DNA of 63,340 bases, filler included, from Chrysochromulina tobinii (lineage: Eukaryota), in NCBI GenBank assembly GCA_001275005.1. It is 8 parts of 8 records of this genome, joined end to end, with 100 filler letters (N's around TTAATTAATTAA, not from the genome) between each part and the next. Parts side by side here need not be neighbours in the genome. Positions count along the whole stretch, not along the records: positions 7,056 to 24,602 come from JWZX01000170.1; positions 24,703 to 36,838 come from JWZX01000171.1; 6 more parts are not named here. The stretch is one strand, 5' to 3'. Position 1 is the first letter of the stretch; each line of letters starts with the position of its first letter. The notes under the pieces were generated by a model. It was given only the letters and a program-made list of their open reading frames with translations. It had not been told where the DNA came from and did not search any database. The translations under genes were made by a program, and so were the position numbers. This document shows, piece by piece, positions 21,649-31,997 of the stretch.

Positions 21649-22749
21649 ATGGCGAGTGGACGACGCATTTCGCTGGTCGCGCAGCTCCGGCCACGTTCGG
21701 CGGCAGTGCGGCCTTCGCTGGGCTTGACGCTGCAGCGTGCCGATGAGACCGCTGCGAGTCTGTCGCTGCCGCCCGTCGAGAGTCCTGAGCGCAGCCGCGC
21801 CTTGACATGCTGCATCATCGGCCCCACCAACGCAGGCAAGTCAACGCTGCTCAATACACTAATCAATGCACGTGTATCGGCCGTGTCGGCCAAGATCCAC
21901 ACGACGCGCGAGAATACGCTTGGATATCTGACGGACTTGCCGTCCAGAACGCAGGTTGAGTTCGTGGACGCGCCGGGAGCGCTCGGGCCCGATGTTCCAT
22001 CGCTTCACCGTGCTTTGTGGGACGCGGTGCGCGGCGCGCAGCTCGCGCTCGTGGTGGTGGACGCTGCGGACGTGCCGTCGCACCGGCAAGTTGGCCGCTT
22101 CCTCGACCGGCTCGCACGCGAGCTCGACGAGCTCGAGGCGGCCGAGGGTCCTGAGCGCCGGCCGCTGACGGCGCTCGTGCTCAACAAGGTCGACATTGTG
22201 AACAAGAAGGAGCGGCTGCTGAAGGCGAGCGCGGCACTTCACGGGGAATTCGCCTTTGACGGGCCCCCATTCATGGTCTCGGCGCACACGGGCGACGGCG
22301 TCGATCACTTGCGCGGCTGGCTGCTGCTGCAGGCTAAGCCGCGCCAGTGGACCATGGCGGCGGGCGTGACACACGTGCAGCCGCCGCTCACGCGTGCGAC
22401 GGAGATCATCCGCGAGGCGCTATTCACGTACCTGGACCGCGAGCTGCCGTACGTCCTCGAGCAGCGCAATCTCGGCTGGACCGAGCTCACCAACCCTACG
22501 CAAGGCCTCCGAATCGACCAGCAGCTTCTCATCCCGCGAGAGCGCAAGTCAGTTCGAAAGATCCTTGAGGCCAGGCTTCCCGGGATCGCCACGTCCGCGC
22601 GTCGGCAGCTGCGCGCCGAGTTTGGACGGCCCGTGTTCCTGCATCTCTCGATCGGCGTCGCCTCCAACGTCTTCGAGCTCGAGAGCGCCCGCCCGCACGA
22701 TGTGCTGCAGATGTTGGCAGATAGGGGGCCGGATGCTCGTGAGACATGA
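21649..22749 (+). CDS. era: Era-like GTPase (organellar ribosome assembly)
   Basis: G1 GPTNAGKST, G2 HTTR, G3 DAPG, G4 NKVD, EIIRE..ELPY, degenerate KH domain. Confidence 0.92.
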   Translation: MASGRRISLVAQLRPRSAAVRPSLGLTLQRADETAASLSLPPVESPERSRALTCCIIGPTNAGKSTLLNTLINARVSAVSAKIHTTRENTLGYLTDLPSRTQVEFVDAPGALGPDVPSLHRALWDAVRGAQLALVVVDAADVPSHRQVGRFLDRLARELDELEAAEGPERRPLTALVLNKVDIVNKKERLLKASAALHGEFAFDGPPFMVSAHTGDGVDHLRGWLLLQAKPRQWTMAAGVTHVQPPLTRATEIIREALFTYLDRELPYVLEQRNLGWTELTNPTQGLRIDQQLLIPRERKSVRKILEARLPGIATSARRQLRAEFGRPVFLHLSIGVASNVFELESARPHDVLQMLADRGPDARET

Positions 22750-23357
22750 CGCCGCGCGCAAAATTTCGTTTTTTCTGAGCGAGGCGCTCTAAGCGCGCGA
22801 CTATTCCGTTGCCGCTTCTCTCGGAGAATTCGTGAAAAATCCAAAATCGGATCGCTCGGCTTACGAAGGCACCACGGTAACGCTTTCCGGCGTTTCACCG
22901 TGCCGTGCACGCTTGTGCACGCATCGCCGGCGCCCCGGGCGCCGAGCCAAGCGTCGTGGTGTGATGGAGAAGTTCATCCTTATTCCTTAGTTTCATCGCG
23001 CGCATTGGCATAATTGTGTAGCTACGAACCTCCCGAGTTCGTCGAAAACTCGCCCGACTGAAAGAGTGAAAGGTCGTTGTATCGCGCGATCTCACATGCG
23101 ATTCATCAAAGTAGGGTGCGTTTGTTCGTAGGTTGGGCTTGGGGTGTGTCAAAAATCAGTAATCACAGACCGTGTGTGAAATCACGATACGATAACTGAC
23201 ACGCGAGGCCGGTTGCGGTTCCGGCTCGCGTCGGGCGCGCGCGCCCCGCGCGCCCCGCGTCCGGTCGGTCGTGTCACAGTGTTGTCGCTATCTGGGGCTA
23301 TTTTGCATTAGCTATACGGCGTAGACGACCAAAATGTATCAATTAGAATTTACAATT

Positions 23358-24602
23358 TCAATAGTCGTCGACGGCTTCGCGCAGGTCGAGTCGACGGCGA
23401 CTTAGAGGACTGCCGCTCGCGCCGCTGCTGCTGCTGCTGCTTCCGCGCCGCTCGCTGGCTAGCCCGCTCCAAACCTCTTGCGCCTCGAGGTCGAAACCGT
23501 CGCCGCCTGGCGTCGTGATGGGCGCCTCGAGGTCGAAACCGTCGCCGTCTGGCGTCGTGATGGGCGCAACCTTGGAGCGCGGCGACGCGGCGCCCGACGC
23601 GGCGCCGAGCCAGTTCCATGCACGCATCGGTACGCCGGCCATACGACCCCCGGTCGGCGCCGTGGCGTGCTGTGGCCGCACCAGGAGCGTGAGCGGCGGC
23701 GGCGGCGGCAGCGGCGGCGCAGTGGGCGCGCCTGCGCCTGTGGGTAGCTGTGCCTGTGCCGCTTCCCCACAGGCTTCCCCCGGCCGCCGGACGACGCCGA
23801 GGCTTGTGGCGGCACGCTCGGCATGGCGCTCGGCATGGCGCTCCGCCCCGGGCAAGCCTGCGACCGATGGCGTCGTGTTGTGCGTGTGCCACCGGAAGGA
23901 GGGCGTGTTTGGCATGTGTTGACCTGGCAGGTAGGTGGGCAGACGAAGCACTAAGGCATGACGAAGCTTGAAGGGACGGTTGCGGGAGGCGGCGATGCCG
24001 AGTACACCCGCGCCGTCCTCGGCCGCGTCATCATCCGCTTCGTCCTCGTCCTCGTCCTCTTCCTCGTCAAGCCGTGCCTCGACACGCGCCCTCATCTTGG
24101 CTAGCGCCGTCGCGGAGAGAGTGACACGCCGGCCGGCCTGCTCGAAGGCCACCCAGCCACTGGTGCTCTGGGCTGCCTTGCCCGCGAGCCCGACGACCTG
24201 CCGCCCCGTCAGTTCGATGCACAGCCCGTCGTCCCGAAGCAGGTGCACCGGAGACGCGAGAATCCGTTGCCAGCGACGCAGCGTAGCTGCACGGCAGGCC
24301 TCGTTGGTGAGCATCGAGTCAATCTGGCGCTGCTGCTGTGCCGTGGCGGCCACCGCCGCCTGCGCCATCGCCGCCAGGCGCCGCTGCTCCGCCTCGCACG
24401 TGCGTCGCACCATCTCCGCCTCACGCCGCTCCTCCGCTTCCAGACGCTTTAGACGCGCCGCCTCGGCCGCCAGCTGCTCTGCAACGACCTTTTCCTCCTC
24501 TGCACGCTCGGCAGCGGCGTGCGCGGCCTGGGCGGCGGCGGCGGCGCGCGCCTGGCCCGCGGCGAGCTCGGCAGCGGCGCGCTCGGCCGCCTCGGCCGCG
24601 AG
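23358..24602 (-). CDS. Hypothetical coiled-coil protein, 5'-partial at gap
   Basis: Frame open to the gap; Ala/Glu-rich coil, acidic tract, 14-aa in-frame duplication APITTP(D/G)GDGFDLE. Confidence 0.55.
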   Translation of the reverse strand, partial: LAAEAAERAAAELAAGQARAAAAAQAAHAAAERAEEEKVVAEQLAAEAARLKRLEAEERREAEMVRRTCEAEQRRLAAMAQAAVAATAQQQRQIDSMLTNEACRAATLRRWQRILASPVHLLRDDGLCIELTGRQVVGLAGKAAQSTSGWVAFEQAGRRVTLSATALAKMRARVEARLDEEEDEDEDEADDDAAEDGAGVLGIAASRNRPFKLRHALVLRLPTYLPGQHMPNTPSFRWHTHNTTPSVAGLPGAERHAERHAERAATSLGVVRRPGEACGEAAQAQLPTGAGAPTAPPLPPPPPLTLLVRPQHATAPTGGRMAGVPMRAWNWLGAASGAASPRSKVAPITTPDGDGFDLEAPITTPGGDGFDLEAQEVWSGLASERRGSSSSSSGASGSPLSRRRLDLREAVDDY

Positions 24603-24973
24603 NNNNNNNNNNNNNNNNNNNNNNNNNNNNNNNNNNNNNNNNNNNNTTAATTAATTAANNNNNNNNNNNNNNNNNNNNNNNNNNNNNNNNNNNNNNNNNN
24701 NNGAGTTTTTACAGTCACAGGTGCTACAAGTTGCGAGGAGCTGTGAGAATGAAACTCACAGCCGCTCGAACTTGAGGAGCTGTGAGAAAAAAATTCACAG
24801 CTGCTCACTTGGTGGAAAACACCGTTAACCCGCAGGGACGGGATGAAGAGCCCGCAACGACGCGTTTTCGAGCTGCGTTCTCTTGCAACGCGCTCATAAA
24901 AATAAAGGCCACACGCAGCGCATGCCTACCTACTGTGCGCGCGCGCGCGCGCGCCTGTCCCTCACAGTGTGTC

Positions 24974-26218
24974 TCACCCTCCTATGGTCGTCATTGGACG
25001 GTTCTTCGTGGCGGCGATCTGGTGCATGCCCGCATGCGCTGCGTGCTTGCGTTGGAGCGCGCCACCCACGAGCTCGAGCAGCTCCGCGTCCGTCGCGCCT
25101 TCGCGCATCGCGTCGCGAAGCGAGACCTCGCGGCTCCCGAAGAGGCATACCTTGAGGCTCCCGTCGGCGGTGAGCCGGAGCCGGTTGCATCCGGAGCAGA
25201 ACGGCTGCGTCATCGAGGCGATGAACGAGACCGAGCCGGCCGAATCGGGCAGCTTCCAGGAGACGGCCACGTCATTCGGGGGCGACGGCTGCTTCGAGAG
25301 CTCAGGGTGCGCCTCCCGCAGCCGCAGGAGCATCTCCTCGAGTGAAACCATACTCTCGTGCTTCCACTTGTTGCCGTCGAAGGGCATGTACTCGATGAAG
25401 CGCACGTCGATCGGGCGCGCGCGAGAGAGCTCTGCGAACGCAAGCAGCTCGTCGTCGTTGATCCCCGCCATCACGACGCAGTTGAGCTTGAGTGGCGTGA
25501 GTCCGATCTGGAGCGCGAGATCGATCGCCTCGAGCACACGCGCGAGCCCATCGCGGCGCGCGATCTGCACGAATCGAGCGCGGTCGAGCGTGTCGAGCGA
25601 CACGTTGAGACGGTCGAGCCCATTGAGCACGAGCGTTGGCAGCATGCGCGGCAGCGCTATGCCATTGCTCGTGAGCGCAATCTGGCGCAGCCCGCGCGGA
25701 CGCAGCTCGTTCAACGAGCTCACGATCTCAGGCAGGTCGCGCCGCACCGTCGGCTCGCCGCCTGTCAGGCGGATTTTGTTGACGCCCGCGTCGACAAGGA
25801 GCGAAGCGATCCGCATCATCTCCTCAGTGCGGAGCAGCCGCGAGTCGGGCGTCAGGTCCACGCCACCCTCGGGCATGCAGTAGACGCAGCGGAGCGAGCA
25901 GCGCTCCGTCAGCGAGATGCGCAGGTATGTGTGGCGCCGACTGAAGCGATCGGAGAGCGCCGGGTCGACGGATGTAGAGGCTTCAGCCGCGGGAACACCA
26001 TGCTGCCGCCGTAGCTCGGCGGCAGCGCGCACGGCGGAATGGTCGGAGCGCCCGGCGGAGTGGTCTGCATCGACGGGCCGTGGCGAACCAGCGACGAAGT
26101 CCTGAGGCGACGGGGCCTCCTCGGCGAGGCGGCTCCGCAACAGCCGCGCACGTGCAGAGGTGGACGCGGAGGCAGAGGTGGAGAGGAAGCGCGAGGCACA
26201 AAGGCGTCTCGCCCCCAT
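24974..26218 (-). CDS. MOCS1: GTP 3',8-cyclase (MoaA/MOCS1A/CNX2), molybdenum cofactor biosynthesis radical SAM enzyme, with mitochondrial-type presequence
   Basis: YLRISLTERCSLRCVYCMP (CxxxCxxC), IRLTGGEP, NVSLDTL, RFIEYMPF, FCSGCNRLRLTADG..VCLF, C-terminal NRPMTTIGG. Confidence 0.97.
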   Translation of the reverse strand: MGARRLCASRFLSTSASASTSARARLLRSRLAEEAPSPQDFVAGSPRPVDADHSAGRSDHSAVRAAAELRRQHGVPAAEASTSVDPALSDRFSRRHTYLRISLTERCSLRCVYCMPEGGVDLTPDSRLLRTEEMMRIASLLVDAGVNKIRLTGGEPTVRRDLPEIVSSLNELRPRGLRQIALTSNGIALPRMLPTLVLNGLDRLNVSLDTLDRARFVQIARRDGLARVLEAIDLALQIGLTPLKLNCVVMAGINDDELLAFAELSRARPIDVRFIEYMPFDGNKWKHESMVSLEEMLLRLREAHPELSKQPSPPNDVAVSWKLPDSAGSVSFIASMTQPFCSGCNRLRLTADGSLKVCLFGSREVSLRDAMREGATDAELLELVGGALQRKHAAHAGMHQIAATKNRPMTTIGG

Positions 26219-26313
26219 TCGGGCAGTGTATGTGAAGCGTACGTTCACACTGGATTACAGTCAGTTCAGAGCACGCCAACATATTCCGTGCAGTTCTACA
26301 CAAGTGCTACTGT

Positions 26314-27716
26314 ATGCTTCTCTCGATCCGGGAGCGCGGCCGCCGAAACAGGTCAACAAGTGTACAAAACAAGCCCAACATGCAGCCCATTAGAAGTCTT
26401 GGCGGCACACCACAGGTGCCCCTCAGCTACACCTTCGGCTTTGGCCGTCGCCTCCTCTACACTGCAACAAGCTCGCCACGTGGCGTGCTCAGGCTTCGCG
26501 ATCAACTCGACGCTGCGGTGATAGGCCAGAAACCACTCAAAGAGTGCCTCGTGCTGGCTCTCATCGCCAAGGAACACGTTTACGTTGAAGGTCCACCAGG
26601 AGCCGCCAAGACCCTGCTTGCTGAGACAGCTTCCGCAACCGCGGGGCTCAGCGCCTTCTTTTGTCAGCTGCATCGCGATACGCGCCTCTCCGAGCTTGTG
26701 GGCGATGCCGTCATCCGTCGTGAGCAACGACCCACTGGAGAGCTGATCCGTTCAGAGGTTGAAGCAGGCGGGCTCCTCACCGCCGAGGTTGCGGTTCTCG
26801 ATGACATCAGCCGTGCTCCCGGAGAGGCACTCAACGTCTTGTTGAGGCTTCTCAACGAGCGGCGGTGGCACGCCAAGCCCATTCCACTTCTCACAGCGAT
26901 CGCCACCGGCAACCCGACGAGTGCGACGTATTACAACGAGCCGCTCGGTAAGTCGCCAGGCTAAGTGATGAGCCCTGCCATGGCCGAGTGGCGCACTCTG
27001 TCATGCCATCATCCCAACGAGCTGAGACCTCGGCGTGCTCACCTCACAGATCCAGCGACGCTCGACCGCTTTGCCTTCCAATTGAGATGTGACGGGCTGC
27101 TTGGCTTGGGTCGATGGGAGGATGCCGCGAGCGTCATCGACCGCTTTACAACCGAAGCCGCACCTCGAGAGCAGGGCACTCATGGAGATAGTGATGAGCG
27201 AGAGCGCTCTCTGTGCGCCACGGAGCTCGCACAGTTGCAAACCGCCGTGGAGCGCGTGCGCTTTCCGCCCGAGGTGCGTGACGGCATCATCCGCTTCATC
27301 GTGCAGCTGATCGCGCGACATAAGCTCGATGCGAGTAACTCGTGCATTTCGGACCGGACGTTCCTCGTCAAGGCGCCCAAGCTCCTGCGTGCGTGCGCCG
27401 TGGCCGCTGGCCGAGACGAATGCATGCCCGAGGACCTGAGAGTGCTGCAGCACATGATGACTTTCCGGCTGCCCGAGCATGTGGAGTCGGAGCAGGTGCT
27501 CGCCTTGCTAGAGGAAGTGGTGGAGGAGGCGCGCCATGCAGCCGCGCGTCGGGCTGGTACGGCAAAGGAGAGCGTGAAGGGAGACCACAGTGGCGGCACA
27601 CGTGGTGGTGATGATGGTGGTGAGCAGAGCACTGGACAGAGTCCGCCCGCCGAAGATGGGGGAGCCGCAGTGATGCCTGCGCAGCAGCAGCAGCAGCAGC
27701 AGCAGGAGCAGCAGCA

Positions 27717-27768
<52 letters not shown>

Positions 27769-28899
27769 CAGCAGCGGCAGCGGCAGCAGCAGGAGCAGCA
27801 ATCTTCGACAGAGGAAAGGCCAGGTACCGGTAGCAGTGCCACCTTAGCCGATGCGACCGCCGCCGAGCTGGCCACGCTAGCGACCGTGTCTCCGTCGCAA
27901 CGCAGCGCAGGTGCTGCCGGCACGCCGCGGCCCCGCCCACCCCCCTCAGCTGACACGATCAACTCCAACCCCGAGACTGTGCAGGGGCTCGAGCGCCTCC
28001 TCGAGGGGCTCGATGGCCAATTTGAGCGTTCGAGTGCGGTGTCCCGCGCCTCCTCGCAATCCGACGGCGCCCCTCGTGGCTGGCGGCGGCTGCGCTCGTT
28101 TGCGGACTTTGCAGCCGATACGGACGGCGTGGATGCGGCCACCTGGTGTTCCGCCCCAGGCGCAGCGACGGAGCCACGGGCTATTGACCGTTCGAAGCCA
28201 CGCAGCAACGGAGCGCTCGCCATCTTGCGTGACGTGTCGACCTCTATGCACGGCCTGAATGCGAAATGGGCTTCGTCACTCACGCTGCGCGTGGTGGAGC
28301 TTGCTCGGCGGCGCAAGATGCACGTCGGCTTGATTGAGTACTCCGACACGGTCACCAAGCTGCACCCCCCCGCGGGCTTCTTTTCACAAGACTACGGCCG
28401 GCTCGCCGCCTTTGCCCGCCGGCTCGAATGCCAAGGGCTCACCGACTATGAAGCCTCGATCTCCGGTGCGCTGCGTGAGTTCCAGGGAGATCGGCGGCTG
28501 AGCGCCCCAAACACGCCGAAGCACATCCTCTTCGTCACCGACGGAGCGCCGACCAAAGGCGACAGGCGTTGCCGCATGGCGCGCGAGATGGCCGGGCGTG
28601 CGGGCGTGCGCATCCACACCCTCTTCTTGCAGTCGGGTCCGTACGACCGTTACCCGCCGGTGCTCAACGATCTCGCGAACGACTCGGGTGGCCTTCGCAT
28701 GCAGGCGAGGGTTCTTGATCACGACCGTGGCCACATTGATCTGAGGGTCCTGGCCGAGGGGGAGAACGGCACTGAGCGACCTGAGCTTTTCGCGGTGAGC
28801 GCTCGGTCAGGGGGTATGCTGCGAAGCTCACAGCGCGCGCAGAGCGAACAGTCAGCGTTGCCGAAGCGGCCCGCTGAGCCGAGGCGCCTGATCCCTTGA
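26314..28899 (+). CDS. MoxR/RavA-like AAA+ ATPase fused via a poly-Q linker to a VWA (MIDAS) domain; intron 26948-27049; start at 26314 or 26380
   Basis: EHVYVEGPPGAAKT, LLTAEVAVLDDISRA..LNVLLRLLNER, spliced EPLDPATLDRF, ISDRT; VWA with DVSTSM, GLTDY and LFVTDG. Confidence 0.88.
27681..27800 (+). repeat. (CAG)n poly-glutamine tract within the AAA-VWA linker
   Basis: Read directly. Confidence 0.95.
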
Positions 28900-29677
28900 T
28901 TGTAGCGGAGCTGATACAGGTGAACTACAGGTGACACACGCTACAGGGGAACATCGTGAACGCCAACGGCCCAACGGCGCCGCGGCGCGCACGGCACTCG
29001 GCGGAGAGTCCGCAGAGAGTCCGCAGAGAGTCTGCAGAGAGACGAGAACGGAGCCCCCGCTCGGTTGCCGCCCGGGCGCGCACACCGACCGCGCCGCCGC
29101 GCCGGGGTTCGGTATCGGCGCCCCGCGTCCGTCCGCGGCGTTGGACGAGTCCGGGTCTGGGTGTCGCGCTCGGAGACGGACCGTGCGACCGTGCGCTCCG
29201 TCGTCCGACGTGTGGCCGCACCCCCGGGCGGGGCCCGCGTGGCATCAAGTTTTTCGCGTTTTCGCGGCAGCGTGCCACCGCGCCCCGGACCATGCCCTAC
29301 CCAGCAGCCAGGGCCCACCCACGATCTCCAGTGATCTCGACACGACGACGGCCACGCGGTGGCTCAAGCCTCCGTACCCGCGCGCCCGGCGTCGGAAAAG
29401 GTCACGGACGCTCGCTACTGCCTACTCGGATCTCCCGCCATCTCGCGGCGCCATGTGCCATCTCCGGCATCTGTCAGTGTTGGCCGGGGTCCGAAATAAG
29501 CAAACTTTTCCGTGAAGCGATAAGCAGCCCGGCCCTCCAACACATATTAATGTATCACAAGCGCGCGTACGCCCTCGTCCGCGACCTTCGCCCCACAGAC
29601 TCACCTGAGGGACACACCTACTATACGAACCCCGGCCGCGGCCGCCTGCTGTGCCACAGACTTCGGAGAACAACAGC

Positions 29678-30337
<660 letters not shown>

Positions 30338-30849
30338 TCAATCGAGGCGAAACATGCGCGCGTCAGCACCGGCAGAGGGGTACGGCGCGAATCGGCCGGG
30401 GCTTGACGGGAGCGAGCTGGGCGTTGCGGGCCCCGCGTGCGAGCGCGCCCCCGCGAGCCGATGGGCCGGTGGCGTTGCGGCGCAAGAAGGCGCGCGCCGC
30501 ACTGTCGGGTGCGACTCACTTGATCCTTGGATGCGATCCAATGCTGACGCCATCAGTGCTGCTAAGAAAGCGGAAATGAATTTCCCGTTTCGGTGTGGAA
30601 GCACACAGGAGTTCGAACAGTGGCCAACGATGCCTATCTTCGGCGACGCTTTTCGGCCGAGTCTCGTAGACACTAGAAACGGCCCCACGATATCGGCGGG
30701 GACAACTCTTCACACCACGACAAAAAGACCCGAGTTACACGTGTGAAGACTTTCTCGAGGGAGAAGAGAGCCCTTCCGTCGTGGCACCGCTGAGCACCAG
30801 ACGCTCAGGTGACTAGCGTCGGTAGAGCGCTCTGGGCGACGGCCCAGCC

Positions 30850-31605
30850 ATGCTCTTCGCGGACAAGCGCGCCCTGCGCACCGATCTCAAGTTGCAGCTC
30901 CTCGAGATCCGCGAAAAGGAGCTCAGTTTCTACACAACCAACACGCTCTCAATTGGCACACAGGCGGCACTCTTTGCCGGTTTCTCCTCGACCGCGCTCA
31001 TGACCGAGGTGGACAAATCGTATCAAGTGCTGCACACCCTGTTCCTCCTTTCCACCATCTTGGGGCTCGCGTCTTGCCTGTCCACCGTCGTGAGCACAAG
31101 TCTACTAGTAATGGTTGCGCCTGGTCTGGCACTCCGCGGCCCTGACGGCTCGATGAGCGTAGCGGTCGACAATATGATCGACGAGTACCGCCGAGCGTTC
31201 CGGGGCGTGCTCTTCGGCATCATGATGTTTCACATCTCGACCATATGTTACGCGTGGCTGACGTTCTGGTGGCCCTTGGCGGCGGTTCTATCCATCGGCG
31301 TCAGCGGCTCGCTCTATTGCATCATCAGGTACATCCGAGTCCTAATGAGGCGCTTTGCCCTGCCCGCCGAGGCCGTGGTGACCGGCAAGTTTGAGGGCAA
31401 CGAGGCGCAACGCGCGGGACAAGCGGCGGGCCTGAAGAACCGCGGAGAGATCTCGACGCTCTCAACACTCATCCAGGAAGAGAGCAGAGGGCGCGGCATC
31501 GGCCTCGACGGCGCGCCGCTCGCTCCAGAGCTACAGAGGGGGCTGCCGCGAGAGGTGGACCGCGGTGGCAGGCATCTTGGAGTGCAGCGGCTGGGTAGAT
31601 CGTAG
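30850..31605 (+). CDS. Four-TM membrane protein (LALRGPDGSM family; TM1 faintly Orai-like)
   Basis: Clean ATG ORF; hydrophobic segments QAALFAGFS, LFLLSTILGL, LFGIMMF and WWPLAAVL. Confidence 0.7.
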   Translation: MLFADKRALRTDLKLQLLEIREKELSFYTTNTLSIGTQAALFAGFSSTALMTEVDKSYQVLHTLFLLSTILGLASCLSTVVSTSLLVMVAPGLALRGPDGSMSVAVDNMIDEYRRAFRGVLFGIMMFHISTICYAWLTFWWPLAAVLSIGVSGSLYCIIRYIRVLMRRFALPAEAVVTGKFEGNEAQRAGQAAGLKNRGEISTLSTLIQEESRGRGIGLDGAPLAPELQRGLPREVDRGGRHLGVQRLGRS

Positions 31606-31898
31606 AGTACCATGTAGGCCGTCGCAGCATAGCGTGAGAGTCACACGGAGACAGTCCCAGTCAGACCTCTCAGGACTGAGATTGAAGGGGACACTGACTG
31701 TGATGTGTGAAAGTCTGACAGTCACAGTCAGGTCGAGCGCGCCGCCGCCGCCAGCGTTGAGCGTATCGACGACAATTCGCCACACATCAGCTATCCTAAA
31801 CAATTTACAATTACTCAAATCTCAAGAGGTGGAGATTTGTGTCGCGGCGGTGGGGGGAGGACACGGGGATGTGTACAGGGTATGTGTCCCGTGTGTGT

Positions 31899-31930
31899 GT
31901 CCCGGCTCCCCCCGGTGTCTTTTTACCGGT
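31899..31930 (+). repeat. 32-bp dispersed motif gtcccggctccccccggtgtctttttaccggt (copy 1 of 3)
   Basis: Identical at 49446-49477 (-) and 52741-52772 (+). Confidence 0.9.
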
Positions 31931-31997
31931 TACCGGTATGTTTCTTGACATGACATGACGCGCTTGACTTTTGCGCCCCGCCCGGCCCCGGGCGAAC

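Noticed and set aside
24735..24808. Paired gctgtgag...tcacagc hairpins
   Set aside because: Two short inverted repeats at a contig edge; too little context to assign a function
27180..28358. Antisense poly-Cys, poly-Leu and poly-Ala ORFs (also 37292-37969 and many other overlapping ORFs)
   Set aside because: Shadows of CAG tracts and GC-rich codon usage on real genes
26314..28899. Magnesium chelatase ChlD
   Set aside because: Same AAA-linker-VWA layout, but the motifs (GPPGxAK, LLxAEVAxLD, ISDR) resemble RavA/MoxR rather than ChlI/ChlD; phylogeny would settle it
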